Shown here in pieces: positions 37,593-45,533 of a stretch of 64,000 bases of DNA (position 1 is its first letter; each line of letters opens with the position of its first letter). The notes beneath the pieces were generated by a model, which saw only the letters and a list, made by a program, of their open reading frames with translations, was not told the origin of the DNA and searched no databases. Position numbers and translations under genes: made by a program. The DNA is taken from contig CAJJAV010000011.1 in the NCBI GenBank assembly GCA_905182125.1, forward strand, positions 9,934 to 73,933, written 5' to 3'. Origin of the DNA: an uncultured Candidatus Poseidoniales archaeon (GTDB lineage: Archaea; Thermoplasmatota; Poseidoniia; Poseidoniales; Poseidoniaceae).

Positions 37593-39557
37593 TCACTCTT
37601 CGGGGCGGCGCTTTATCATAAGAACTGCACCAATGAAGGCAAGGACCAGCGTGCTGGCCATGAATCCTGGTGTGTCTTCTGATTCATCCATGTCAATTGG
37701 GGCTGGTTCGGCGATAACCGCTGATTCGCCACCGGTTCCGACGATGACCTTTCCATACATTCCTGAGGCCATGTGAGGCTCGCAAGCGTAAGTGAAGGTT
37801 GTGTCTTCGGTGAAGGTGTATCGGAAGTCAACCGTTGCATTTGCGGCACCGGAGGTGATCCCGTCTTGGGTGTAGGTGGTTGATTTGTCACCATCCACCT
37901 CACGCACATTGTGCGCCATGCTTGAGTCGGTCCATTGCCAGCACACGGTGTCACCAACTGAGATGGTCACTGTTGCAGGCGAGTACTTCAGTCCGCTTGG
38001 AGCGATGCCAACAGTAGCGTCGCAATCTGGGAGTGGTTCTTCAGCCGCTGGGGGCATGAGGACTTGGTCGATGACGTGAATCACACCATTGCTTGCTGGA
38101 ACGTCAGCGAGTGTGACGTTGGCCATTTGTTCACCAACCATCACGGAGGAACCGACGACATGGATCATCAAATCGTCCCCATTGGCTGCTGAAACAGTGG
38201 TCATGCCTTCGCTCAGGTCGGAGGACATGGTTGTGCCGGCAACAACGTGGTACAGCAGAATGTTTGTCAACGCTGCGATTTCTTCCGGAGTATCGAAGGA
38301 AGCGAGGTCAATACCAGCTGCTGCGAACGCTTCATCAGAAGGAGCGAAGATGGTGTATTCATCTGTGCCGCTCAATGTGGTAACGAGTTCTGCAGCCGAG
38401 AGTGCAGCAACGAGCGAGGTGTGGATTGTGGTTGCCCCTGCAGTCATAGCGAGGTTCACAGCCGGAGTCCACATGTAAGCACCGCACTCAGCAGTGCTGA
38501 TGTTGGAAACTGCATGGGTCACGGAATTGTAACATCCTGTGATGATTTGGCCCATAACGGAGTAGTTCTCGAGGTACATGTAGGAGTTACAGGCGAGGTT
38601 GTTTGCGCCTGGAACGATGGTGTGGGAGACCGTGTTGTAACAGATGTCACCTGGTGGTGGCATCAGCACCTTGTCGATCACGTGAATGATTCCGTTGGTG
38701 GTTCCAACATCAGCACCGGTCACTTGAGCATCGCCCACAAAGACTGCACCGTCGGTCACGGAGAACGTTGCTTTGTCACCGTTGAGCATGGTCACTGAGA
38801 GGCCGTCGGTTACTTGAGTGGAAGCGACGGATCCGGAATAGACGTGGTACAACAGAATGTCTGCGAGGGTTTCGTTTTCCTCAGGGGTGTCGAAGGACGC
38901 AAGATCGATTCCTGCATCGGTGAACGCTTGGTCAGTTGGTGCGAAGACCGTGAACGGACCGTCTGCTTGGAGCGCTGTAACAAGGTTTGCTTGAGCCAAT
39001 GCCGCAACGAGGGCCGTGTGAACACCTGTTGATTGAGCAGTTTCTGGGATGTCCATGGTTGGACCTGCCGCTGGTGGCATGAGCACGGTATCGATCACGT
39101 GAATGATGCCGTTGCTGGACTGAACGTCAGCGCTTGTGACGTTTGCATCACCAATTTTCACGGTGCCGTCCGTTAGGATTGAGAATGTGGCGTCTGCTCC
39201 GTTGACCATGGTCACGGTCAGGCCATCGGTGACTTCGCTGGCTAGGACTGATCCAGAGTAAACATGGTAGGTGAGAATGTCAACCAGGGTTGCATTTTCT
39301 TCATCGGTATCAAATGTTGATAGATCAATACCAGCGGCTTCGAACGCAGCATCTGTTGGGGCGAAGACGGTGAACGGTCCATCGCCTTGTAGGGTTGTCA
39401 CCAAATCTGCTTGGGTCAATGCTGCAACGAGGGCGTCGTGGTACCCCGTTGCTGCGGCGTTTGTTGGTATGTCATCAGTCTCTGCTGCCGTCACGTTGAG
39501 CGGCAGAGCAGTCATCAACAGGCTGGCAAGTATGAGTGTAGCAAGTGCTCTCTCCAT
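37593..39557 (-). CDS. surface protein with three fasciclin (FAS1) domains, a Cys-rich linker, a type-1 copper (halocyanin/plastocyanin-like) domain and a PGF-CTERM sorting signal
   Basis: Signal peptide. Three copies of the ...LV..L.....GPFTVFAPTD.AF...GIDL..F......L..IL.YHV..G......V.DG.........A.....V........NGIIHVID.VLMPP FAS1 signature. Cupredoxin ligand pattern H...C(YACEPH)...H..GM (TFTYACEPHMASGMYGKVIVG). C-terminus TPGFMASTLVLAFIGAVLMIKRRPEE. Confidence 0.65.
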   Translation of the reverse strand: MERALATLILASLLMTALPLNVTAAETDDIPTNAAATGYHDALVAALTQADLVTTLQGDGPFTVFAPTDAAFEAAGIDLSTFDTDEENATLVDILTYHVYSGSVLASEVTDGLTVTMVNGADATFSILTDGTVKIGDANVTSADVQSSNGIIHVIDTVLMPPAAGPTMDIPETAQSTGVHTALVAALAQANLVTALQADGPFTVFAPTDQAFTDAGIDLASFDTPEENETLADILLYHVYSGSVASTQVTDGLSVTMLNGDKATFSVTDGAVFVGDAQVTGADVGTTNGIIHVIDKVLMPPPGDICYNTVSHTIVPGANNLACNSYMYLENYSVMGQIITGCYNSVTHAVSNISTAECGAYMWTPAVNLAMTAGATTIHTSLVAALSAAELVTTLSGTDEYTIFAPSDEAFAAAGIDLASFDTPEEIAALTNILLYHVVAGTTMSSDLSEGMTTVSAANGDDLMIHVVGSSVMVGEQMANVTLADVPASNGVIHVIDQVLMPPAAEEPLPDCDATVGIAPSGLKYSPATVTISVGDTVCWQWTDSSMAHNVREVDGDKSTTYTQDGITSGAANATVDFRYTFTEDTTFTYACEPHMASGMYGKVIVGTGGESAVIAEPAPIDMDESEDTPGFMASTLVLAFIGAVLMIKRRPEE

Positions 39558-39607
39558 GAGTGTGTTTCGTCGAGTGGCCCCCTATAAAGGACTGTAAAAT
39601 ACCACAG

Positions 39608-41011
39608 TCAAAACGGTGAACGGTATTCGTCGACATCGGAAGCAATGCGCAACAGTTGGTTGTACTTTGCAACCCTGTCTGAACGGGCTGGTGCTCCTGT
39701 TTTGATTTGTCCAGCACGTGTGCCAACAGCTAAATCTGCAATGGTCACATCTTCGGTTTCCCCGCTTCGATGAGAGATGACGTTGTTGAGGCCGTGGGAG
39801 GATGCAAGGTCCATGGCTTCAAGTGTTTCAGTCACTGTACCAACCTGATTCAGTTTGACCAGCATGGCGTTTGCAGCGCCGATCTCGATGCCTTGGGCTA
39901 AGCGTTCTGTTTGGGTGACAAACAAATCATCACCGACGGTTTGTACGCGATGACCCTCGCGCTTGGTGAAGCGGGACCAACCTTGCCAATCATCTTCGCC
40001 GAATCCATCTTCAATTGAAAGAATCGGATACGCATCAAGCCAGCCGGAGTAAACGTCAGCGAGATCTTCGCTTGAGAGAACTTTACCATCCATGTGATAG
40101 CCATCATCATGGTGGAATTCAGTCGCAGCAACATCGAGGGCAATGCCCATTTGTTCGACGGAGTATCCAGCACCTTCGATGGCTCGAACCATGTACTTGA
40201 GCCCCTCTTCATTGGCTGGTAAGTTTGGCGCAAAACCACCTTCATCGCCAACACCGCCAAGCAACCCATCAGCCTTGAGTTCTTTCTTGAGGGCGTGATA
40301 TGTTTCCACACCTGCTCGCAAGCCTTCTTCAAAGGTATCGAAGCCATGAGGCATGACCATGAACTCTTGCACATCGACGTTGGACGCAGCGTGAGCTCCA
40401 CCGTTGAGAATGTTGAGCATTGGCACGGGCATTAAACCGCCTGCAACCCCCCCGATGTACTTCCAAAGTGGAAGTTCATGGACGGCTGCACCAGCATGCA
40501 AGCAAGCCATCGATGCTCCAAGCATGGCGTTAGCACCGAGGTTGGCTTTGTTCGGCGTGCCATCCAGTTCGATCATCACTTCATCAATCACACGCTGTTC
40601 ATCGACAGGAAGACCAACTAAAGCCTCCTCGATGCGGTCCGTTATGTTGTCAATGGCGGAAAGAACGCCTTTTCCGAGGTAGCGAGAAGGGTCTCCATCT
40701 CGCATTTCAAGGGCTTCATAGGCTCCTGTCGAAGCGCCAGAAGGCACCGCAGCACGGCCCAGAAGAGACCCGTCGACGAAACAATCCACTTCGACGGTTG
40801 GGTTACCACGGCTATCGAGAATCATTCGAGCATCGAGACCGGTGATGTGTCCAGACATTGGCTTCCCCATCCAATGCCAAGTGAAGACGCCCTTTGAACC
40901 AGACGGAACACCTTCGTCTCGTTTCAATGAGATGCCGAGTGGTGCAACGCAAGGTTTGAAGGAGGTTTTTGCGCATTCATAGGTGACGCTATTGTGAAAA
41001 TACAGCCACAT
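39608..41011 (-). CDS. eno: enolase (probable start MSGHITGLDAR, about 40858; the upstream ORF extension is likely non-coding)
   Basis: ILDSRGNPTVEV, the SHRSGETEDVTIADLAVG signature, KLNQVGTVTE. Confidence 0.95.
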   Translation of the reverse strand: MWLYFHNSVTYECAKTSFKPCVAPLGISLKRDEGVPSGSKGVFTWHWMGKPMSGHITGLDARMILDSRGNPTVEVDCFVDGSLLGRAAVPSGASTGAYEALEMRDGDPSRYLGKGVLSAIDNITDRIEEALVGLPVDEQRVIDEVMIELDGTPNKANLGANAMLGASMACLHAGAAVHELPLWKYIGGVAGGLMPVPMLNILNGGAHAASNVDVQEFMVMPHGFDTFEEGLRAGVETYHALKKELKADGLLGGVGDEGGFAPNLPANEEGLKYMVRAIEGAGYSVEQMGIALDVAATEFHHDDGYHMDGKVLSSEDLADVYSGWLDAYPILSIEDGFGEDDWQGWSRFTKREGHRVQTVGDDLFVTQTERLAQGIEIGAANAMLVKLNQVGTVTETLEAMDLASSHGLNNVISHRSGETEDVTIADLAVGTRAGQIKTGAPARSDRVAKYNQLLRIASDVDEYRSPF

Positions 41012-41061
41012 TGTGACTCCTATACGACATTTCAGTGCGCTTTTTTACCACATGACAGCCA

Positions 41062-41523
41062 TTGAGCAGATTTGATATACCCAAAGCGGAAGGATGGAAC
41101 ATGCCTCGTGTTGCTGAAATCGATCGTGCCATCCTCGCCCAACTTCGGAAGAACGGTCGTATGTCCTATGTGGACTTGGCTCGTGAAGTCAGCGCTTCGG
41201 AACGAACGGTTCGCACACATGTTCGGAAAATGGAAGAAGAAGGCACTATCCGTGGCTACACTGTTCGTGAAGGCGGCGTCGGATTGACTGCTTTGGTTCG
41301 CATCAAGGTGTCACCTGGTGCAGAAATCGGCTCGTTCGCTTCCGAAGTCACTGGCTGGGATGGCATCGAAATTATCTACGAAGTGTCAGGAGATGCCGAT
41401 CTGGTGGCCCTTGTTCACGTCGATGACACAATGTCTCTTCGAACATTATTGGATAAAATGTGGCTCGCTGCTCCCAATGAAATAGCATCAACGACCACTG
41501 AATTGGTCCTTGAGCAGTACTGA
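41062..41523 (+). CDS. lrp: Lrp/AsnC-family transcriptional regulator (probable start MPRVAEID, 41101)
   Basis: IDRAILAQLRKNGRMSYVDLAREVSASERTVRTHVRKMEEEGTIRGYT (HTH), followed by the RAM/ACT-like domain VRIKVSPGAE...IIYEVSGDADLVALVHV. Confidence 0.8.
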   Translation: MSRFDIPKAEGWNMPRVAEIDRAILAQLRKNGRMSYVDLAREVSASERTVRTHVRKMEEEGTIRGYTVREGGVGLTALVRIKVSPGAEIGSFASEVTGWDGIEIIYEVSGDADLVALVHVDDTMSLRTLLDKMWLAAPNEIASTTTELVLEQY

Positions 41524-41655
41524 TTACTCTTCTTCATCTGCAGGAGGCGTCTCAACAGGTTCCTTCTCGGAAGGTTCTGGAACGCCATAATCGATACCGC
41601 AGCTGCGGCATACCATCTTGTCATCCCAATCGCATTGTCGTCGACAGCCACTCAT
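41524..41655 (-). CDS. unlisted 43-aa zinc-ribbon ORF (MSGCRRQCDWDDKMVCRSCGIDYGVPEPSEKEPVETPPADEEE)
   Basis: ATG to TAA on the minus strand, with an acidic tail. The ligand layout is irregular (CxxxC ... CxxC) rather than the usual CxxC...CxxC. The stop abuts the lrp stop and the ORF is below the 60-aa ORF-track cutoff. Coordinates are within about 2 nt. Confidence 0.3.
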   Translation of the reverse strand: MSGCRRQCDWDDKMVCRSCGIDYGVPEPSEKEPVETPPADEEE

Positions 41656-41668
41656 TCAATAACCCCGT

Positions 41669-42208
41669 TCAAGCTTTCCATTTGACCGAGCATCCAATGG
41701 ATTCGGTGACCTTCACGGTCGGTTCTTGCCCCGACTTGAGGGCTTCAATCGCATCGTTCAGTTCAGTTTGAGTGACATTGCTTGGGTCGCGTGGTGAATC
41801 ATCCATACGACCCTGGTAGACCAAACGGTCATTGGCATCAAAGAGGAAAAATTCCGGTGTGCGTTTGGCGCCGTAAGCACGTGCAATATCTTGAGTCACA
41901 TCGTGAAGGTAAGGGTAGCCCATCGATGTGGCTCGCTTTTGCATGTGTTCAAAAGAATCGTTTGGATAAACAACGGGATCGTTTGAATTAATGCCGACAA
42001 AACCAAGTCCTACTTCGTCACACCACACGGCCATTGATTCCATTCGACCAATGTTGGCGATGACGTAAGGGCAGTGGTTGCATTCGAAGACAACAACAGT
42101 TCCCAATGCCCCAGTTGCGTCGTCGAACGTCATGGCTGGCCCACCTATGGAAGGGTGAGCATTGGTCAATTCAAACGGTGGTGCTGCATCTCCAATAGCG
42201 AGGCCCAT
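41669..42208 (-). CDS. thioredoxin-fold thiol-disulfide oxidoreductase (redoxin/AhpC-TSA family)
   Basis: VVVFECNHCPYV (CxxC in the Trx-fold position), GINSNDP...YPNDSFEHM, KRTPEFFLFD. Confidence 0.7.
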   Translation of the reverse strand: MGLAIGDAAPPFELTNAHPSIGGPAMTFDDATGALGTVVVFECNHCPYVIANIGRMESMAVWCDEVGLGFVGINSNDPVVYPNDSFEHMQKRATSMGYPYLHDVTQDIARAYGAKRTPEFFLFDANDRLVYQGRMDDSPRDPSNVTQTELNDAIEALKSGQEPTVKVTESIGCSVKWKA

Positions 42209-42300
42209 GGCACCTCCAAACGCTCAAGCCTCTAAACAACTTGCATTTTACGCGCCTCGCCGGAAGAAGAGTTAACTAGTCACGAGGTGAAATTCTACTT

Positions 42301-42726
42301 ATGCAACCAGCAATGCAAGGTATGCCCCAATCAGCCCGACCAGCGAACATGATGTCAATCATGGACGCCGTGAAAACATGTTTCGAACAATATGTTGGTT
42401 TCGACGGCCGAGCCAGCCGCTCCGAGTATTGGTGGTTCGTTTTAGCGACCACCATCGCAGGTTTTGTAACCGGTATTTTGGATGGAATCATTTTTGGCAT
42501 GGAATTGTCAGATCCAACATGGATTACGCTCGCTCTTCAATTTGGTTTGTTTCTTCCAACGCTTTCCGTTATCTTCCGAAGATTGCATGACCATGGCAAA
42601 TCTGGTTGGAACGTTTGTTGGATTTTCCTACCGCTACTGGGAGCAATTTACCTCCTTTACCTCATGATCATTGATGGTGAGGCGAATGACAACGCATATG
42701 GCGCTGTCCCAACAAACACACTTTGA
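42301..42726 (+). CDS. DUF805-family inner-membrane protein
   Basis: GRASRSEYWWFVL...RRLHDHGKSGWN is the DUF805 signature (GR..R.E.W.F.L ... RRLHD.G.SGW). Three predicted TM helices. Confidence 0.6.
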   Translation: MQPAMQGMPQSARPANMMSIMDAVKTCFEQYVGFDGRASRSEYWWFVLATTIAGFVTGILDGIIFGMELSDPTWITLALQFGLFLPTLSVIFRRLHDHGKSGWNVCWIFLPLLGAIYLLYLMIIDGEANDNAYGAVPTNTL

Positions 42727-42776
42727 TCCGGATTTGAAAGTCCAAGCGTTCAAGTTGTGAAGCGGAATCCAAAACC

Positions 42777-43802
42777 ATGTCCGTCCACACTGTGCACTGT
42801 GGTGGACACATCACGTTGCTGTTTTCCATTTGGAAGGACTCAAGGTTAGCGCGTTCACAAGGCAGCAGAGGAGCGGGGTTCAACGTCAGCGATGGCGTTG
42901 AAGCAAGCGTGAAGCACATTGGTACGAATCAGCCAAGCCTACCGGCTCAACTCTCTCAAGGCGCTGCACTTGACGAGCAACCTGCAACAGTGGAAGATGG
43001 GGGAATCCGACTTACAATCGAAGCAATGGACGGCACTTTGATCGAACATTCAACCCACCTTTATACCGATTTAATCGAAGCACTGAGGGACGCTCGCTTG
43101 CTCAACAGAGCTGAGGCTTTCGAAGTATCTGTCACCCTCTCTTTGCCTACAAGTCAAGGTTTTGGCATGTCGGCAGCCGGTTTGGTCGCGGTGGCTCGAG
43201 CCTTCCATTTACATTCAGGTTTGGGGCGTGATGAACAGTATTTACGAATTGCACATCGTATCGAACGGCTCCACAGCGGTGGACTTGGCGATGTGCTTGG
43301 CATCGCCGCTGGAGGTGTTGAGCTGCGCCTCGAGCCAGGTGCACCGGGATCTGGTGGGAAAACAGTTCAATTCACAACTCAACAACCGATCTTACTGGTG
43401 TGGAAGCCTGAGGAGTCGAGGCATACTTCGAATTACATTGATGATTCGAAATGGCAAAAATCCATCTCAGAAGCAGGTGAGGACGCTGTTCGAGCCCTGC
43501 GGGCGAACGAATGGGGTCCTGAAGCATGGCCTGATCTGATGTTGCAATCCAGAACCTTTGCCCAAACCTCAGGGCTGCTCGAAGAGCCTGAACGGATGGG
43601 ATTGAATGCAGCAGTCACGGGGCAACTCCGGAAGATGGACCTTCACCTTCGCGTTTATCTCCGGTTGTGTATGCTTGGAGTCTCATTAGCAATCCTCCCT
43701 CGACGGTTGGATCAACCGTTAACAGTTGCAGAAATTGAGCAGGTCGCAGAAGCGTTGAGAGCCCTCAAGTTAGGGGTTCGTTCTACATCGATTGATGGAT
43801 GA
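42777..43802 (+). CDS. GHMP-family kinase, probably archaeal pantoate kinase (CoA biosynthesis)
   Basis: N-terminus GHITLLFSIWKDSRLARSQGSRGAGFNVSDGVEASV resembles pantoate kinase (AHITAFF...GS.GAG.N...G). GHMP motif II SQGFGMSAAGLVAVARA is present. Confidence 0.5.
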   Translation: MSVHTVHCGGHITLLFSIWKDSRLARSQGSRGAGFNVSDGVEASVKHIGTNQPSLPAQLSQGAALDEQPATVEDGGIRLTIEAMDGTLIEHSTHLYTDLIEALRDARLLNRAEAFEVSVTLSLPTSQGFGMSAAGLVAVARAFHLHSGLGRDEQYLRIAHRIERLHSGGLGDVLGIAAGGVELRLEPGAPGSGGKTVQFTTQQPILLVWKPEESRHTSNYIDDSKWQKSISEAGEDAVRALRANEWGPEAWPDLMLQSRTFAQTSGLLEEPERMGLNAAVTGQLRKMDLHLRVYLRLCMLGVSLAILPRRLDQPLTVAEIEQVAEALRALKLGVRSTSIDG

Positions 43803-44933
43803 TCAATCGTTGGCGTCAAAAGCCCTCAAATCGAGAACATTGGCATCCAATAACGTGCAACCAGGCATGAATAAATTTTCACTAAAACCGTGGCGATAGA
43901 CAACACCGCCGCTGCCCCATTCTTCGATGTACCTGTCCATTTGTTTCGCCATCTTTTTACGTTGGAACTCGACATCAGCGCCGTAAAAGTGCTTGGCATC
44001 AATCCACGCAACTGGGCGTTCGTTGATGTAGACATGGTCGAGGAAGAGGATGTCAGGTGTTCGAACTGGACGCCCGAGTTCCTGCTTCTGCTCTTTTACC
44101 ATCTCTGGTTGACGGCGGAGGCGGACGCCTTGTTCTTCGAACCAATCGGCGAGGATGTCTTCAAACAGATCCGCTTTTTCTTGCGCTTCGCCTTGGTCGA
44201 CGTTTGACACTCGATCTGCAGCCTCAGCTGTTTCGAATTCCTTTCGTTCGCGCTCCTTCAATCGGCTTGGTTCGCGAAGGCTTTCCTTGATTTTGGTTTT
44301 GGACCAACGCATTTCCGCCAAGATCAAGCGGAACACATTCATCGGAGGTCCGTCAAAGCGTTGAGAGATGTCAACAACACTGGCGCCTTCTTTGTACAAC
44401 CTGAGCATGTCTTTTGCTCTCGACCTCAATCGTCCGTGCCCGTAGACGGTTTTCTGCTGCATGAGAGCAGAACGAAGCGAAAGAGCCTGATCGAGGGTCA
44501 TGTTATGGTTTGCAACAATTAAGGCGAGTTCATCGACGCGATCGTCGTCTAACCATCCAAATTCTCCTTTACGAAGGACCTGTTTGGAAAGCGCTTCTTC
44601 ATCTTTAAGCGGGACTGCGGCGGTGTTCCATGTGAAGTTGAAGGTGCGTGGTTCCTCGATGCCTTCTGGGAATCCCATTGGCGTATCTTTGCGAACAAAG
44701 CGATCATTTGCTTTTTTATCCATTGCAGCAATGGTTTCTGCATGGCGTTCTTGAAGCACTGCTTTTGCCGTGCCTCCGTATCGTTTAGGGCGGCGGTTGG
44801 AACCGTTTCGATTGGAACGGTTGTTGCCAGAACGCTGGCGTTGACCACCTCCGTTCTTTGAGGATTTGGGGCTTTTGTCGTCGCCACTCGGAGTGCTCAT
44901 TGGTGGTCGTCCGCGCCGAGGCTCCATGAACAC
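43803..44933 (-). CDS. CDIN1(C15orf41)-like protein: RG/RN-rich disordered N-terminus, helical middle, C-terminal PD-(D/E)xK nuclease domain
   Basis: C-terminus TPDILFLDHVYINERPVAWIDAKHFYG has the PD ... D-A-K catalytic triad layout. It is close to the CDIN1 motif TPDFLL...W(I/V)ESK. N-terminus GRPPMSTPSGDDKSPKSSKNGGGQRQRSGNNRSNRNGSNRRPKRYGG. Confidence 0.4.
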   Translation of the reverse strand: MFMEPRRGRPPMSTPSGDDKSPKSSKNGGGQRQRSGNNRSNRNGSNRRPKRYGGTAKAVLQERHAETIAAMDKKANDRFVRKDTPMGFPEGIEEPRTFNFTWNTAAVPLKDEEALSKQVLRKGEFGWLDDDRVDELALIVANHNMTLDQALSLRSALMQQKTVYGHGRLRSRAKDMLRLYKEGASVVDISQRFDGPPMNVFRLILAEMRWSKTKIKESLREPSRLKERERKEFETAEAADRVSNVDQGEAQEKADLFEDILADWFEEQGVRLRRQPEMVKEQKQELGRPVRTPDILFLDHVYINERPVAWIDAKHFYGADVEFQRKKMAKQMDRYIEEWGSGGVVYRHGFSENLFMPGCTLLDANVLDLRAFDAND

Positions 44934-44939
44934 TCGCTT

Positions 44940-45533
44940 TCATTCAGATTCATCGATGGCGGTCTCATATGAGGCCGGTATCGGGATGCTTCCGGCTGTG
45001 GAGGCATCGTTTAGCCATTGTTTGGCCATGGCCCGGGGGAGGCGATTGACACGCCCACGCATGAAGCGAGCCCACCATCGAATCTTCCACCATGCTGCGA
45101 TTTCAACACCGCCTTCATCCTCGCCCCAAACCGTGACGGCAAGACGGAGGTGGGCGAATGCAGTCCCGAGCGGCCGGCCTTCCCGCTGTTGGCCTTCCCA
45201 TGCGAACTCGACTTCGAGAAAGCGAGGAGCCTCACTTTTTCGGATGCTCTTCACAGTCCACATCTCCTCAATCAAGCGTTGCCGTTCAACTCGATGGAGA
45301 TCGAAACGTTGTCCTTCGTGCAGTTCACCCGTTGCTTCTGATAAGATACGCCCAGCAGACGTGTGCCACGATGGCCATCGGTCCAGATGCAAAAGGTTGG
45401 CCATCACCTGCTCACACCCCTCTGTAGCAAGCGGTTGGCGCCACACACCATTTGGAGACTCCATGAACCGCCGTGGAATGTATTCTCCTTGAATTTGTGG
45501 GGTACGAAAGATGGGGGGTTTCAAATGCAACAA
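44940..45533 (-). CDS. SRPBCC (Bet v1 / polyketide-cyclase-like) superfamily protein candidate (probable start MESPNG, about 45464)
   Basis: LLHLDRWPSWH near the N-terminus resembles the E/DRWPEW motif of SRPBCC proteins. Length is about 175 aa. Confidence 0.35.
   Translation of the reverse strand: MLHLKPPIFRTPQIQGEYIPRRFMESPNGVWRQPLATEGCEQVMANLLHLDRWPSWHTSAGRILSEATGELHEGQRFDLHRVERQRLIEEMWTVKSIRKSEAPRFLEVEFAWEGQQREGRPLGTAFAHLRLAVTVWGEDEGGVEIAAWWKIRWWARFMRGRVNRLPRAMAKQWLNDASTAGSIPIPASYETAIDESE

Noticed and set aside
39608-41011. N-terminal 50-residue extension of the enolase ORF and N-terminal extensions of the leuS, polB, FAH and TM-regulator ORFs
   Set aside because: Extensions lack conservation, overlap divergent neighbours, and conserved N-termini begin at internal Met codons. 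They were treated as ORF-finder artefacts, and probable starts are given in the features.
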